Shown here piece by piece: positions 56,801-64,000 of a stretch of 64,000 nucleotides of DNA (its first letter is position 1; each line of letters opens with the position of its first letter). The notes beneath the pieces were generated by a model. It did no database searches and was not told where the DNA came from. It saw only the letters and a program-made list of their open reading frames with translations. The stretch comes from Thermoguttaceae bacterium. GTDB lineage: Bacteria; Planctomycetota; Planctomycetia; Pirellulales; Thermoguttaceae. Position numbers and translations under genes: made by a program. Location of the stretch: positions 14,689 to 78,688 of the forward strand of contig JAGBDN010000007.1 in the NCBI GenBank assembly GCA_017937485.1, in the 5' to 3' direction.

Positions 56801-56865
56801 GAAAAGGCGGTCGCGGCGCCGAGCGTCGCGGCGAGGACAGCGGATAGGAAAACGGGGACGCGCAT
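53857..56865 (-). CDS. Secreted multidomain protein: NPCBM-like carbohydrate-binding module, PD40/TolB-like beta-propeller region, C-terminal domain with two CxxCH motifs
   Basis: Start MRVPVFLSAVLAATLGAATA at 56865. DDLDLSAVECGYKAAQDGKTVDGNPL..GVGSHSP is NPCBM-like. YDGKTIYFAA..PNGRIVFISER..NADGSDIVPLS are PD40-like. CLGCH is at 54409-54423 and CVDCH at 54250-54264. Confidence 0.85.
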   Translation of the reverse strand: MRVPVFLSAVLAATLGAATAFSNDGKTTVYLDDLDLSAVECGYKAAQDGKTVDGNPLIVAGKTFERGVGSHSPGRLVVRLPETGSVRFITEVGIADETNGQGHMEFLAFADGQLVWRSGFMKGKEAAKVCELDLTGKSTLLLELETGTEGYAHDHAVYGDARFEVSAEGADDLAIVRPLFVGADGKIYDETTDPQTLEAAREFLSLTRQIAAGPTSDYVAKDARDPASTILKTDRDPLDVALRRIDRLVEALLETLDEKELAADVATLADLKKRADATPVEQKAERQTLFVEAVKIRRSVALKNPLLTFDDILFIKRHYNPEPEKQGNHMCDQFFGFHARPGGGLYVLKNAFSEKPEVVNVLENAVVSNGRLKGRKLDSSWGFLSPHLTYDGKTIYFAAADTSPQRHSYVWTEDNCYHLFRVNIDGTDLIQLTDGPWNDFDPYLMPNGRIVFISERRGGYGRCHARPCPSYTLHSMNADGSDIVPLSVHETNEWAPTIDAAGMIVYTRWDYVDRGFNQAHHPWVTFPDGRDARAIQGNYSENERSRPHFETTLNQVPDSVLLSGTASGHHTQNFGSVILIDPTAEDDENGGDPMGPIQRITPEQLFPEAEIGTHGPPHNFGQPYPLSEDFFLVVYDAFSGSAKGEGNRYGLYLLDAFGNKVLLHRDEKISCQWPRAVETRPVPPVVPHQTLVGIPEAQKDRFEIPAELPKTATIGVVDVYKTNRPFPEGTKIKELRIVQVLPKTTWNANQPWIGYAGENGARKVLGTVPVEEDGSVRFEAPTGVPFYFQALDENGVAVQTMRSAAYVHPGETLTCLGCHEGRHNTAQNADVAAPLAFQRAPSQIKPDVPGSNPFNFPRLVQPILDRHCVDCHAEKAKAGETFELGRGPEGQYFTTSYFNLRPYVYVAGNGNNNPSAPMKEQPTHGGAWNSFAPARTFPGQFGANRSRLWQVLKEGHYDVKLSDEEKRALALWMDNNCDFFGAYEMESLDAQRRGEVVVPTLE

Positions 56866-57061
56866 AAAGTTTCTCCGAAGTTGCAAAGCTCCGTCGCCGA
56901 ACGCCGCCGAGGACGGGCGCGGCGACTCGATGTAACGACGCGGTTGCGAATAGATAAATTGGGGAAAACGGGGAAACAAGGCGAGCGAAAACGGTCGCGC
57001 TTGCCCGTTCGCCGTCGGCGGTCGCGGGGAATTGGGCGACAGTCGGCGGCGATCAACCGAT

Positions 57062-57090
57062 ATTGTAGCGAATTTAGCGCGGCAAGTCAA
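57062..57090 (-). promoter_or_regulatory. Sigma70-like promoter (TTGACT-17-TACAAT)
   Basis: Read on the minus strand, about 197 nt upstream of the ATG at 56865. Confidence 0.5.
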
Positions 57091-57215
57091 GGAAAAGACC
57101 GCGTCAAACGGAATTTTGCGGCTTTGTCGGCCGGTTTTAGCGGTCGGGCGTTTGAGTGAAATTGGACAAAACGGCGTTCCGAGGAGTTTTGGGCGATTTG
57201 CGTAAACCGGGCGCT

Positions 57216-58593
57216 TTAAGCGTCGGCTTCGTCGGCGATTTGGAACCGGATTCCGGCGTTTTTCGCGAACCGCTCCGCCGCCGAACCGGCGTCGACGACG
57301 AGCGTTAGCGCGGCGGAACAACCGTCGAACGCCGACGGGTCGAGCGACTTAACGCTCGCCGGAACGCGAACTTCCCTAAGCGCGGCGCAGTCGGAAAACG
57401 CAAGATTCTCGATCGTTTCAAGACCGTTCGGAAGCGCGACGTTTTGGAGCGCGGCGCAACGAGCGAACGCCTTGCCCGGAAGCGTTTTCAGGCCGTTCGC
57501 GTCGGGCGCAAACTCGACTTGGCGAAGGGCTTCGCAACGGTAAAACGCGCTGTAACCGAGTTCGCAAAGCGCCGCCGGGAAACGGATCGCGGTTAAGCCG
57601 GAACATTCGTAAAACGCGTAAGCGCCGACGCTTCGAACGCTTTCCGGGAGAACGATTTCGGCAAGTCGCGGCGAAAACTCGAACGCGCCGTAAGCGATTC
57701 GCTCGACGCCGTTCGGGACGACGCAACGTTCCGGGGAACGCGAGGAGCGCCTTCGTTTCCGCGTCGAAGAGAACGCCGTCGACGCTCCGAAAGCGCGGGT
57801 TTTCCGGGGCGACGTCGAAACGCTGGGCGGCGCAACCGACGAACGGCTCGTCCCCCAGCGTTTCGAGCGACGTCGGAAAACGGAGCGCCGATAACGCCGA
57901 ACAATCGGAAAAAGCGCGGTCGCCGACCTTTTTAACGCCTTCCGGAATAACGATTTGCGTCAACGACGCGCAGGCGCCGAACGCCTCGACGCCGACGTCG
58001 CGGAGGCTCGCCGGGAGCCGGATTTCAACGAGACGCTCCGCGCCGTAAAACGCTTTGGCGGCGATTCGTTCGACGCCGTCCGGGACGACGTAAACGGTCG
58101 CGTCGTTTCCGGCGGGAAAGGCGAGGAGCGTCTTCGTTTCCGCGTCGAAAAGAACGCCGTCGACGCTCCGAAAGCGCGTGTTTTCCGGGGCGACGTCGAT
58201 TTTCGCAAGCGCGGCGCAACGCGCGAACGCGCCGAAATCGATTTCGCGAACGTTCGCCGGAATAACGAGTTGCGTTAACGCCGAACAACCTTCGAACGCT
58301 TCGACGCCGACTTCTGCGAGGCTCGACGGAAAAACGAGCGACGACAAACGTTTGCAATCGGCGAACGCGCAGTCGCCGATTCGTTCGAGACCGGCGGGAA
58401 GTCGAACCGACGTTAGCGTTTTGCCCGAGTCGGCGGAGAAAAAATCGCCGAGCGCCTTGACCGGACGTCCGGAGATTTCGGCGGGAATTTCGAGCGACGA
58501 CGCGTTGTAATCGGTCGCGTCGAAAGAGGTTAACTCGAGCGAACCGTCGGGAAGGACGTTCGTTTTAAAACGGGAGGCAAGGGAGCGCGGCAT
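57216..58593 (-). pseudogene. BspA-type leucine-rich-repeat surface protein interrupted by a +1 frameshift near 57733-57736
   Basis: The frame used by ORF 57418..58593 turns Arg-rich after ..LLAFP. Shifting one nucleotide at the CCCC run restores ..PERCVVPNGVERIAYGAFEFSPRLAEIVLPESVRSVGAYAFYECSGL.. through to TAA at 57216-57218. That matches the upstream repeat LLAFPAGNDATVYVVPDGVERIAAKAFYG. Confidence 0.8.
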
Positions 58594-58647
58594 ACGGGGG
58601 CCTTTCCGGGAAAGAAGAAAAAAGAGGGAGAAAGGAGAAAGAAAGAC

Positions 58648-58684
58648 GTAAAAAACGCCGCGACGCGTTAAACGTCGCGGCGTC
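58648..58684 (-). terminator. Intrinsic terminator after the GH2 gene
   Basis: Stem ACGCCGCGACG / CGTCGCGGCGT, followed by TTTTTA on the minus strand. Confidence 0.6.
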
Positions 58685-58746
58685 TCGCGCTTAGTCGGCG
58701 GTCAACGGAGCGCGACCGCCGAGGGAAAAAGCGTTAATCGGTCGAC

Positions 58747-61020
58747 TTATTTCGTCGCCGGGATTTCGCGAATGATACCGAAGTCGATGTATTGACCGCC
58801 TTTGGTTTGCTTGCAGTGGATCGCGATCGTGTTTTTGCCCGCTTTCAGCGCTTTTTTCAGCGCGACGGCGTCCAAACCGAGGTAACCGTAGGAAGCGTAG
58901 CTCGTGCATTTCGCGACTTCGACGCCGTTGACGTAGATTTCGCAATCTTCGTCGTGGTAGCCGTAACCGACGAGTTGGGTAACGTCGGCGATATCTTCGG
59001 CGGCGATTTCAACGTCGCGGCGAATCCAAATGTCGCTCGTGTCCCAAACGGTGCGGACGTTCGTGTCCGGCGTGTCTTTCGTGCCGAACCCGGCTTCGCC
59101 GACTTTCCAAGCGGAAGCGTCGAAATCGACGGCGGCCCAGTTATCGGCCGGTTTTTCGAAGGTGTAGCTCCATTTTTGAGCGTTCGTCTTCGAGCAAGGA
59201 ACGACGACTTTGACTTCCGGAGCCGGAAGGCGGAGCGCTTCGTTCGATTTGCGCATCGCGTCGACCGGGAACTTAATGACGGCGCGGTCGTAGGTCATGA
59301 AACCGTTGAGTTCGATTTCGACGTCGGTCGTTTGGGTGTAAACGGCCGCCGAGAGACCGGCTTCGATGAGCGCGCGCATTTCGCGGTTTTGGTTGTTGTA
59401 GAACGAGAAGAGCGCTTCCGGAGTTTCGAACAGACCGCCGTAACCCCAGTTCGAGTCTTCTTGCCAAACGTGGCCGCTGACCTTCAGGCCGAGACCGCCG
59501 TATTCGCCGAGGACGGACGCGCGGTTTTCTTCGGCCGGGAACATGCCCGGGCCGCGATATTTGTGCATATCGTGGATATCGCCGCATTCGGCGCGGTCGG
59601 CCCAACCGGACGTGCAGATGATCGGACGGGTCGAGTCCAGTTTACGGCAGAGGTCGACGATGCGGTAGGTGTCGAATTGGCCCCAACCTTCGTTGAACGG
59701 AACCCAAACGACGATGCACGGGTAAACGTCGAGCGCGTCGAACATTTGACGGAGTTCGGTTTCGTAGTAGGAAACCGATTCCGGCGTGCGTTCGGCGTCC
59801 GGAGCGTTCGGCGCGATGTAGTTTTTCGTGTCGCCGCTCGGCATGTCTTGCCACATCAGGAAGCCCAAGCGGTCGCATTCGTAGTAGTAGCGCGCCGGTT
59901 CGACTTTGATGTGCTTACGAATCATATTGTAGCCGAGGTCTTTGAGGACTTTCATGTCGTAGACCATCGCTTCGTAAGTCGGCGGGGTGAGGAGACCGTC
60001 CGGCCACCAACCTTGGTCGAGCGGACCGTGTTGGAAGAGGAACTCGTTGTTCAGCATAAGACGGGTGATACCCTTGGCGTCTTTGCCGATCGAGGTTTTG
60101 CGCATCGCGTAATACGACTTGACCGTGTCGACCGTCGCGTCGCCCTTGACGAGCGAAACTTCGAGGTCGTGGAGGTTCGGCGTATCCGGCGTCCAGAGGG
60201 CCTTGCCTTTGGCGTCGAGCGTGATCGTCGCTTTGTTGGAAACGACTTTCGCGGTTTGGTCGCCGATTTTGACCGCGCAACCTTCGGCGTTCGCGACTTC
60301 GACGACGACGGCGCAGGTCATATCGTCGATATCCGGAATCGGGCGAACCTTAACGATGTGCGCCTTCGAAACCGGTTCGAGCCAAACGGTTTGCCAAATA
60401 CCCGAGACCGGCGTGTACCAAATGCCGTGCGGGTTTTCGATTTGTTTGCCGATCGGTTGCGGGCCTTTGTTCGTCGGGTCCCAAACTTTGACGACGAGCG
60501 TTTGAGCGCCTTCTTTTTTGAGCGCGCGGGTAACGTCGACCGTGAACGGGGTGAAGCCGCCTTGGTGGTGGCCGACTTTAACGTCGTTGACGAAGACGTC
60601 GGCGCGCCAGTCGACGGCGCCGAAGTTCAGCATAATTTCTTTGCCGGCCCAGTCGGCGGGAACTTCGAACGTCGTTTTGTACCAAAGGTTGTTTTCCGCG
60701 CCGACTTTTTTACCGACGCCGGAGAGCGCGGATTCGGCGCAGAACGGAACGAGGATTTGACCTTGCGGCGCTTCGAATTTGTCGGCGACCGGAAGAATCG
60801 CGTAGTCCCAAAGGCCGTTCAGGTTGACCCAATCGGCGCGAACCATTTGCGGACGCGGGTATTCCGGAAGCGGTTTGGCCGGGTCGACGTCTTTCGCGAA
60901 TTTCGAAAGCAAAATACCTTCGACCGGCTTCCAGTCGGCCGAGAAGACGTTTTGAGCGCTCGCGATCGCGACGACGCCCAAGAGAGCCGAAACGACTCCC
61001 GTCAGGAACGATTTTTTCAT
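58747..61020 (-). CDS. Glycoside hydrolase family 2 enzyme with C-terminal carbohydrate-binding-like domain
   Basis: Signal peptide MKKSFLTGVVSALLGVVAIASA. GH2 sugar-binding domain (LNFGAVDWRADVFVNDVKVGHHQGGFTPF). Acid/base WVPFNEGWG and nucleophile region LGEYGG. The track ORF's upstream 377 codons overlap the next gene and are spurious. Confidence 0.9.
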   Translation of the reverse strand: MKKSFLTGVVSALLGVVAIASAQNVFSADWKPVEGILLSKFAKDVDPAKPLPEYPRPQMVRADWVNLNGLWDYAILPVADKFEAPQGQILVPFCAESALSGVGKKVGAENNLWYKTTFEVPADWAGKEIMLNFGAVDWRADVFVNDVKVGHHQGGFTPFTVDVTRALKKEGAQTLVVKVWDPTNKGPQPIGKQIENPHGIWYTPVSGIWQTVWLEPVSKAHIVKVRPIPDIDDMTCAVVVEVANAEGCAVKIGDQTAKVVSNKATITLDAKGKALWTPDTPNLHDLEVSLVKGDATVDTVKSYYAMRKTSIGKDAKGITRLMLNNEFLFQHGPLDQGWWPDGLLTPPTYEAMVYDMKVLKDLGYNMIRKHIKVEPARYYYECDRLGFLMWQDMPSGDTKNYIAPNAPDAERTPESVSYYETELRQMFDALDVYPCIVVWVPFNEGWGQFDTYRIVDLCRKLDSTRPIICTSGWADRAECGDIHDMHKYRGPGMFPAEENRASVLGEYGGLGLKVSGHVWQEDSNWGYGGLFETPEALFSFYNNQNREMRALIEAGLSAAVYTQTTDVEIELNGFMTYDRAVIKFPVDAMRKSNEALRLPAPEVKVVVPCSKTNAQKWSYTFEKPADNWAAVDFDASAWKVGEAGFGTKDTPDTNVRTVWDTSDIWIRRDVEIAAEDIADVTQLVGYGYHDEDCEIYVNGVEVAKCTSYASYGYLGLDAVALKKALKAGKNTIAIHCKQTKGGQYIDFGIIREIPATK

Positions 61021-61179
61021 TGAAAACCTTTCGAAAAAAGGGAACTTGCGCGTTTCGAGCGGTTGAACAAACGGAAAGTCGGCGTTCGTCGCGAAGCGCG
61101 CGGGTTGTTGTTTTTCGACGGTTCCGCGTCGACGTTCGCCGCGAAACGACGGAAAGCGCGACGTCGGAACAATTTCTTT

Positions 61180-61208
61180 AATATAACGGATTTTGCGCCG
61201 TTCTTCAA
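61180..61208 (-). promoter_or_regulatory. Sigma70-like promoter (TTGAAG-17-TATATT) for the GH2 gene
   Basis: Read on the minus strand, about 160 nt upstream of the ATG at 61020. Confidence 0.45.
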
Positions 61209-61337
61209 GCGGGCGGAGCGATATTTTTGCCGATTTTAACAATAAACCGTATTTTAACGCAAAACGACGGAAATCGACGGCGTAAAAATCGACGGCGCGA
61301 GCGTTTGAAAAAGGCGCGTTGGAGGCGGCGGAGCGCG

Positions 61338-62384
61338 TCAGTTCCAACCGCATTCGGTTCGGACGTTTTTCATCGTTTCGAGAACGTCGTTCCAAGTTTG
61401 CGGGTCGAGCATCGCCGCGTTCGGGAACATGCAGCCGTCCCAGCAGAGGTGGTTGAAACGCTTCGACGGTTTGCCGGTATCTTCGTCGAGGAGCCAATAT
61501 TTCGCGTACTTGACGACGTCGAGTTTGCCGTTCGGGTCTTTCGGGAGGCAGTGGCGCCCGGTTTTGTCGTGCGCGCCGGAACCGAAGACGGTGCCGTCGT
61601 TCTGCGCGACGTGGAAATCGACCGTCCAAGGGCGGAGCGCTTTCGTCATTTTGGCGTAAGCGGCGTCGAACGTTTCGACGTCGGCCCAATCGAAATCTTC
61701 CGGAACGAGGCGGTCTTCCGGAGCGTTCGCGCCGAGAAGGAAGAGGAGCGTGTGCGACATATCCGCTTGGAAACCGAGAACTTGCGGCAGGTCGACCTTT
61801 TCGAGAACTTCGACGCAACGTCGCCAGCTGTGCATCCCGCCCCAACAGATTTCGCCTTCCATCGCGAGCATTTCGTCGTATTTCATCGCGATTTCGCAAG
61901 CGGCTTTGAACGTTTCGACGAGTTGCGCTTGGTTCGCTTCCGGGTCGCGCGCCCAATCGTCGACGGAGCAAGAGGAGTCGATGCGAACGCAGCCGTTCGG
62001 GCGGATTCCGGCGTCGCGGAGTTTGCGCCCGATCGCGCAAGCCTCTTCGACCGCTCCGAGGAACGCGGCGCGCTTCTCTTCGGCGCCGATCGCGGAACCG
62101 CTCCAAACGTTGGCGACGAGCGAGCCGATTTCGAGTTGGTAATCGGCGCAATATTGGGCGAGTTTAGCGATTTCGGCGTCCGGGTTGGCGAGGTCGAAGT
62201 GCGGCGGCGCGAGGAAGAGGTCGAACCCGTCGAACTTCGTTCCGTCGACGTCGGCGCCGCTCGTCAGGTCGAGCATCGTTTTGAGGTCGACGCAAGGTTC
62301 GCCGTCGCCGCAACCTTTGCCGACGACGCCGGGCCAAGTCGCGTTGTGAAGTTTCGGGAATTTTTTAGCGGCTCGCTTCGCCAT
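61338..62384 (-). CDS. Sugar phosphate isomerase/epimerase (xylose isomerase-like TIM barrel) family protein
   Basis: 348 aa from MAKRAAKKFPKLHNATWPG. The pattern of conserved acidic/His positions (..MEGE.., ..FQADMSH.., ..DFHVAQND..) is typical of AP-endonuclease-2/xylose-isomerase-like barrels. Confidence 0.8.
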   Translation of the reverse strand: MAKRAAKKFPKLHNATWPGVVGKGCGDGEPCVDLKTMLDLTSGADVDGTKFDGFDLFLAPPHFDLANPDAEIAKLAQYCADYQLEIGSLVANVWSGSAIGAEEKRAAFLGAVEEACAIGRKLRDAGIRPNGCVRIDSSCSVDDWARDPEANQAQLVETFKAACEIAMKYDEMLAMEGEICWGGMHSWRRCVEVLEKVDLPQVLGFQADMSHTLLFLLGANAPEDRLVPEDFDWADVETFDAAYAKMTKALRPWTVDFHVAQNDGTVFGSGAHDKTGRHCLPKDPNGKLDVVKYAKYWLLDEDTGKPSKRFNHLCWDGCMFPNAAMLDPQTWNDVLETMKNVRTECGWN

Positions 62385-62598
62385 CGGCTGGGTCTCCGGA
62401 GGGTTGGACGGACGTCGCGCGGCGGTCGGAAGCGGTTGCGAAGCGCCGACGAACGTCGCGAACGGTCGTGTTTCAAGGAACGGGGAAAACGACGCGAAAT
62501 AGGCGGTTTGCGTCGACTTGGTAAAACGAAAAGGGAGGGCGAAACGGCGAACGTCGGCGGTTCGGAAACGGCGCCGGTTCGACGATTCTCCTAACTCG

Positions 62599-62627
62599 AG
62601 TATATCAAAACTTGAGCGAATTTTCAA
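62599..62627 (-). promoter_or_regulatory. Sigma70-like promoter (TTGAAA-17-TATACT)
   Basis: Read on the minus strand, about 215 nt upstream of the ATG at 62384. Confidence 0.5.
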
Positions 62628-62669
62628 GGAAAAAGCCGCTTTTTTGAATTTTTTTGGCGATTTCGCGAA

Positions 62670-62714
62670 GAAAAAAGCGCCGCCGTCGTTGGCTTTAGGC
62701 TCGACGGCGGCGCT
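62670..62714 (-). terminator. Intrinsic terminator after the U32-family gene
   Basis: 13-bp stem AGCGCCGCCGTCG / CGACGGCGGCGCT, followed by TTTTTTC on the minus strand. Confidence 0.65.
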
Positions 62715-62761
62715 TTAGATAAGACGCGCAATTTAGGCGGTTTTATCGACTTCGCGAACGG

Positions 62762-64000
62762 TCAAAAAACGCCGTTGCGGGAGTACCCGTAAGAGAAAAC
62801 GGAGTAATCGCGGCTCGACGGCGGCGTCGGCGCGAGCGCGCGGCGCAAGACGCGTTCGACTTCGGCGGGCGTTTCGTTGGTGAAGTCGAAACGAACGGCG
62901 CCGATTCCGGAACGCAAAATCGCCGGGATCGCGTCGAGAAGGTCGACCGGGTCGGCGAGGTAAACGGCGCTTCCGACGACCGGGCGCGCGTCGACGGCGG
63001 CGTCGCCGGTCGGCGGGAGGCGGTTCGCGTTCTTTTCGACGAGGAAACGGCGTTCGTCGGCGTTCGTCAGTCGAACGAACGGCGCGTCGAAGAGCGTTTT
63101 TTGAGTAAACATCGCCAAAAGCCGCCCGAAAACCGGGAGACCGAGCGTTAAGCGGCGCTTCGCGAGGTAATCGTCGGCGGCGAGGTCGGCGAAAATCGCG
63201 TCGACGGCCCGGTCGGAAATTTCCGGCGAAAGGTAAAGGAGGTCGGCGCTTGCGAAACGGTCGGCCAAATAACGGACGGCGCGGGCGTTTCCGACGTTGA
63301 AAGTCCAGTCGAGCGCGAACGGAGGGCGCGGTTGCGAGTCGAGCGGCGAGTCGATCGACGCTTGCGAACGTTCGAAACGAACCGCGGAAGCGAGGGAACC
63401 GGCCAGCGGCGCGACGTCGGCGTCGCGTTGGAACGCCTCTTGATAACGCGGGCGATTTTCGAACTGAACCGGTTGCGTTTCGAAGTGAACGCGGTCGATT
63501 CCGAAGCGGCGGCAAACGTCGAACTGGGCGCGGTTGCGGACGACGGCGGTAAAATAGGGGATTAGGGCGTCGCCGGCAAGCGGGGCGCTTTCGTTGATCG
63601 GGGAAGTTGGGGCGGTTCGGCGAATTTCGGCGACCGGTTCCTGGCAAACGCGGCGGTACGACTCGACGATTTTCCGCTCGAGCGCTTCGACCGCCTCTTG
63701 CCGCAAGCCGTTGAGGAGCGATTTCGGAACGAAAACGTCGGCGTCGAAACGGATTTCCGCGTCGTCGAGGTAAAACGGCGTTTCGCCGAAGCGGTCGAGA
63801 CCGTCGCGGAGCGTCGCTTCGTCCGCCGGGCGCTTTTGCGAATGTTCGAGCGACTGTTCCGAACGAACGGTCGCGACGGCGCGGGCGGTTTTGAGCGTCA
63901 ACTCGAGCGGGCGGTCGACGCGAGCGGTCAAACGGGCGGAAATCGGTTCGCGGCGGCGGATTTGTTTGAGCGCGTTTTCGACCGTTTTGTTCAGCCGATG
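62762..64000 (-). CDS. Peptidase U32-family protein, C-terminal part including a DUF3656-like region (5' end beyond window)
   Basis: The frame stays open from 63931 to the window end (..HRLNKTVENALKQIRRREPISARL TARVD..), so the TTG 'start' in the track is internal. The segment LRDGLDRFGETPFYLDDAEIRFDADVFVPKSLLNGLRQEAVEAL resembles DUF3656 of long U32 proteins. Confidence 0.55.
   Translation of the reverse strand, partial: HRLNKTVENALKQIRRREPISARLTARVDRPLELTLKTARAVATVRSEQSLEHSQKRPADEATLRDGLDRFGETPFYLDDAEIRFDADVFVPKSLLNGLRQEAVEALERKIVESYRRVCQEPVAEIRRTAPTSPINESAPLAGDALIPYFTAVVRNRAQFDVCRRFGIDRVHFETQPVQFENRPRYQEAFQRDADVAPLAGSLASAVRFERSQASIDSPLDSQPRPPFALDWTFNVGNARAVRYLADRFASADLLYLSPEISDRAVDAIFADLAADDYLAKRRLTLGLPVFGRLLAMFTQKTLFDAPFVRLTNADERRFLVEKNANRLPPTGDAAVDARPVVGSAVYLADPVDLLDAIPAILRSGIGAVRFDFTNETPAEVERVLRRALAPTPPSSRDYSVFSYGYSRNGVF

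Noticed and set aside
57733-57736. Phase-variable homopolymer switch in the LRR gene
   Set aside because: A run of four C/G is too short for efficient slipped-strand phase variation. A pseudogene or sequencing error is more parsimonious.
58792-61023. 743-aa plus-strand ORF
   Set aside because: Antisense shadow of the GH2 gene. It is Arg/Asp/Val/Phe-rich with no recognisable domain.

Overview
This is a high-GC, very CpG-rich, stop-codon-poor bacterial chromosome segment. I infer it comes from an anaerobic member of Planctomycetota. Supporting signs are a DUF1559 protein with a prepilin-type N-terminus and a lipoprotein partner, a PD40/CxxCH fusion protein, Sel1 and BspA-type LRR proteins, and a glycyl-radical enzyme. 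I support about 46 protein genes, one frameshifted gene, one tRNA-Leu(CAG), one guanidine-II (mini-ykkC) riboswitch, several intrinsic terminators, about a dozen sigma70-type promoters and three local repeat arrays.

Housekeeping genes: serA (partial), mdh, pyrE, accA, folC, fumC-like, speB-like, nrdR, murB, purC, comM, a xerC/D-like recombinase, a umuC-like polymerase and a ymdB-like gene.

Most long ORFs in the supplied track are Arg/Asp/Gly-rich shadow frames of real genes. Three real coding segments are missing from the track or truncated in it: serA at the left edge, the 5' continuation of a U32-family gene at the right edge, and the C-terminal half of the frameshifted LRR gene.

Most interesting region: 46.3-64 kb, a 17.6 kb run of co-directional carbohydrate-related genes on the minus strand. 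It ends in an apparent operon: consensus promoter, 233-nt leader, MFS sugar porter, an unusually short glycyl-radical enzyme (705 aa, C-W-E thiyl loop, RVWGWSGYF glycyl motif), its radical-SAM activase and a secreted alpha/beta hydrolase. No microcompartment shell genes are present.

Other points worth a second look:
- an NPCBM / beta-propeller / double CxxCH fusion protein
- a guanidine-II riboswitch in front of an SMR (Gdx/SugE) gene, flanked by two different repeat arrays
- low-complexity in-frame inserts in XerC, UmuC and an enoyl-CoA hydratase
- a strand-polarised purine-rich vocabulary in almost every intergenic spacer
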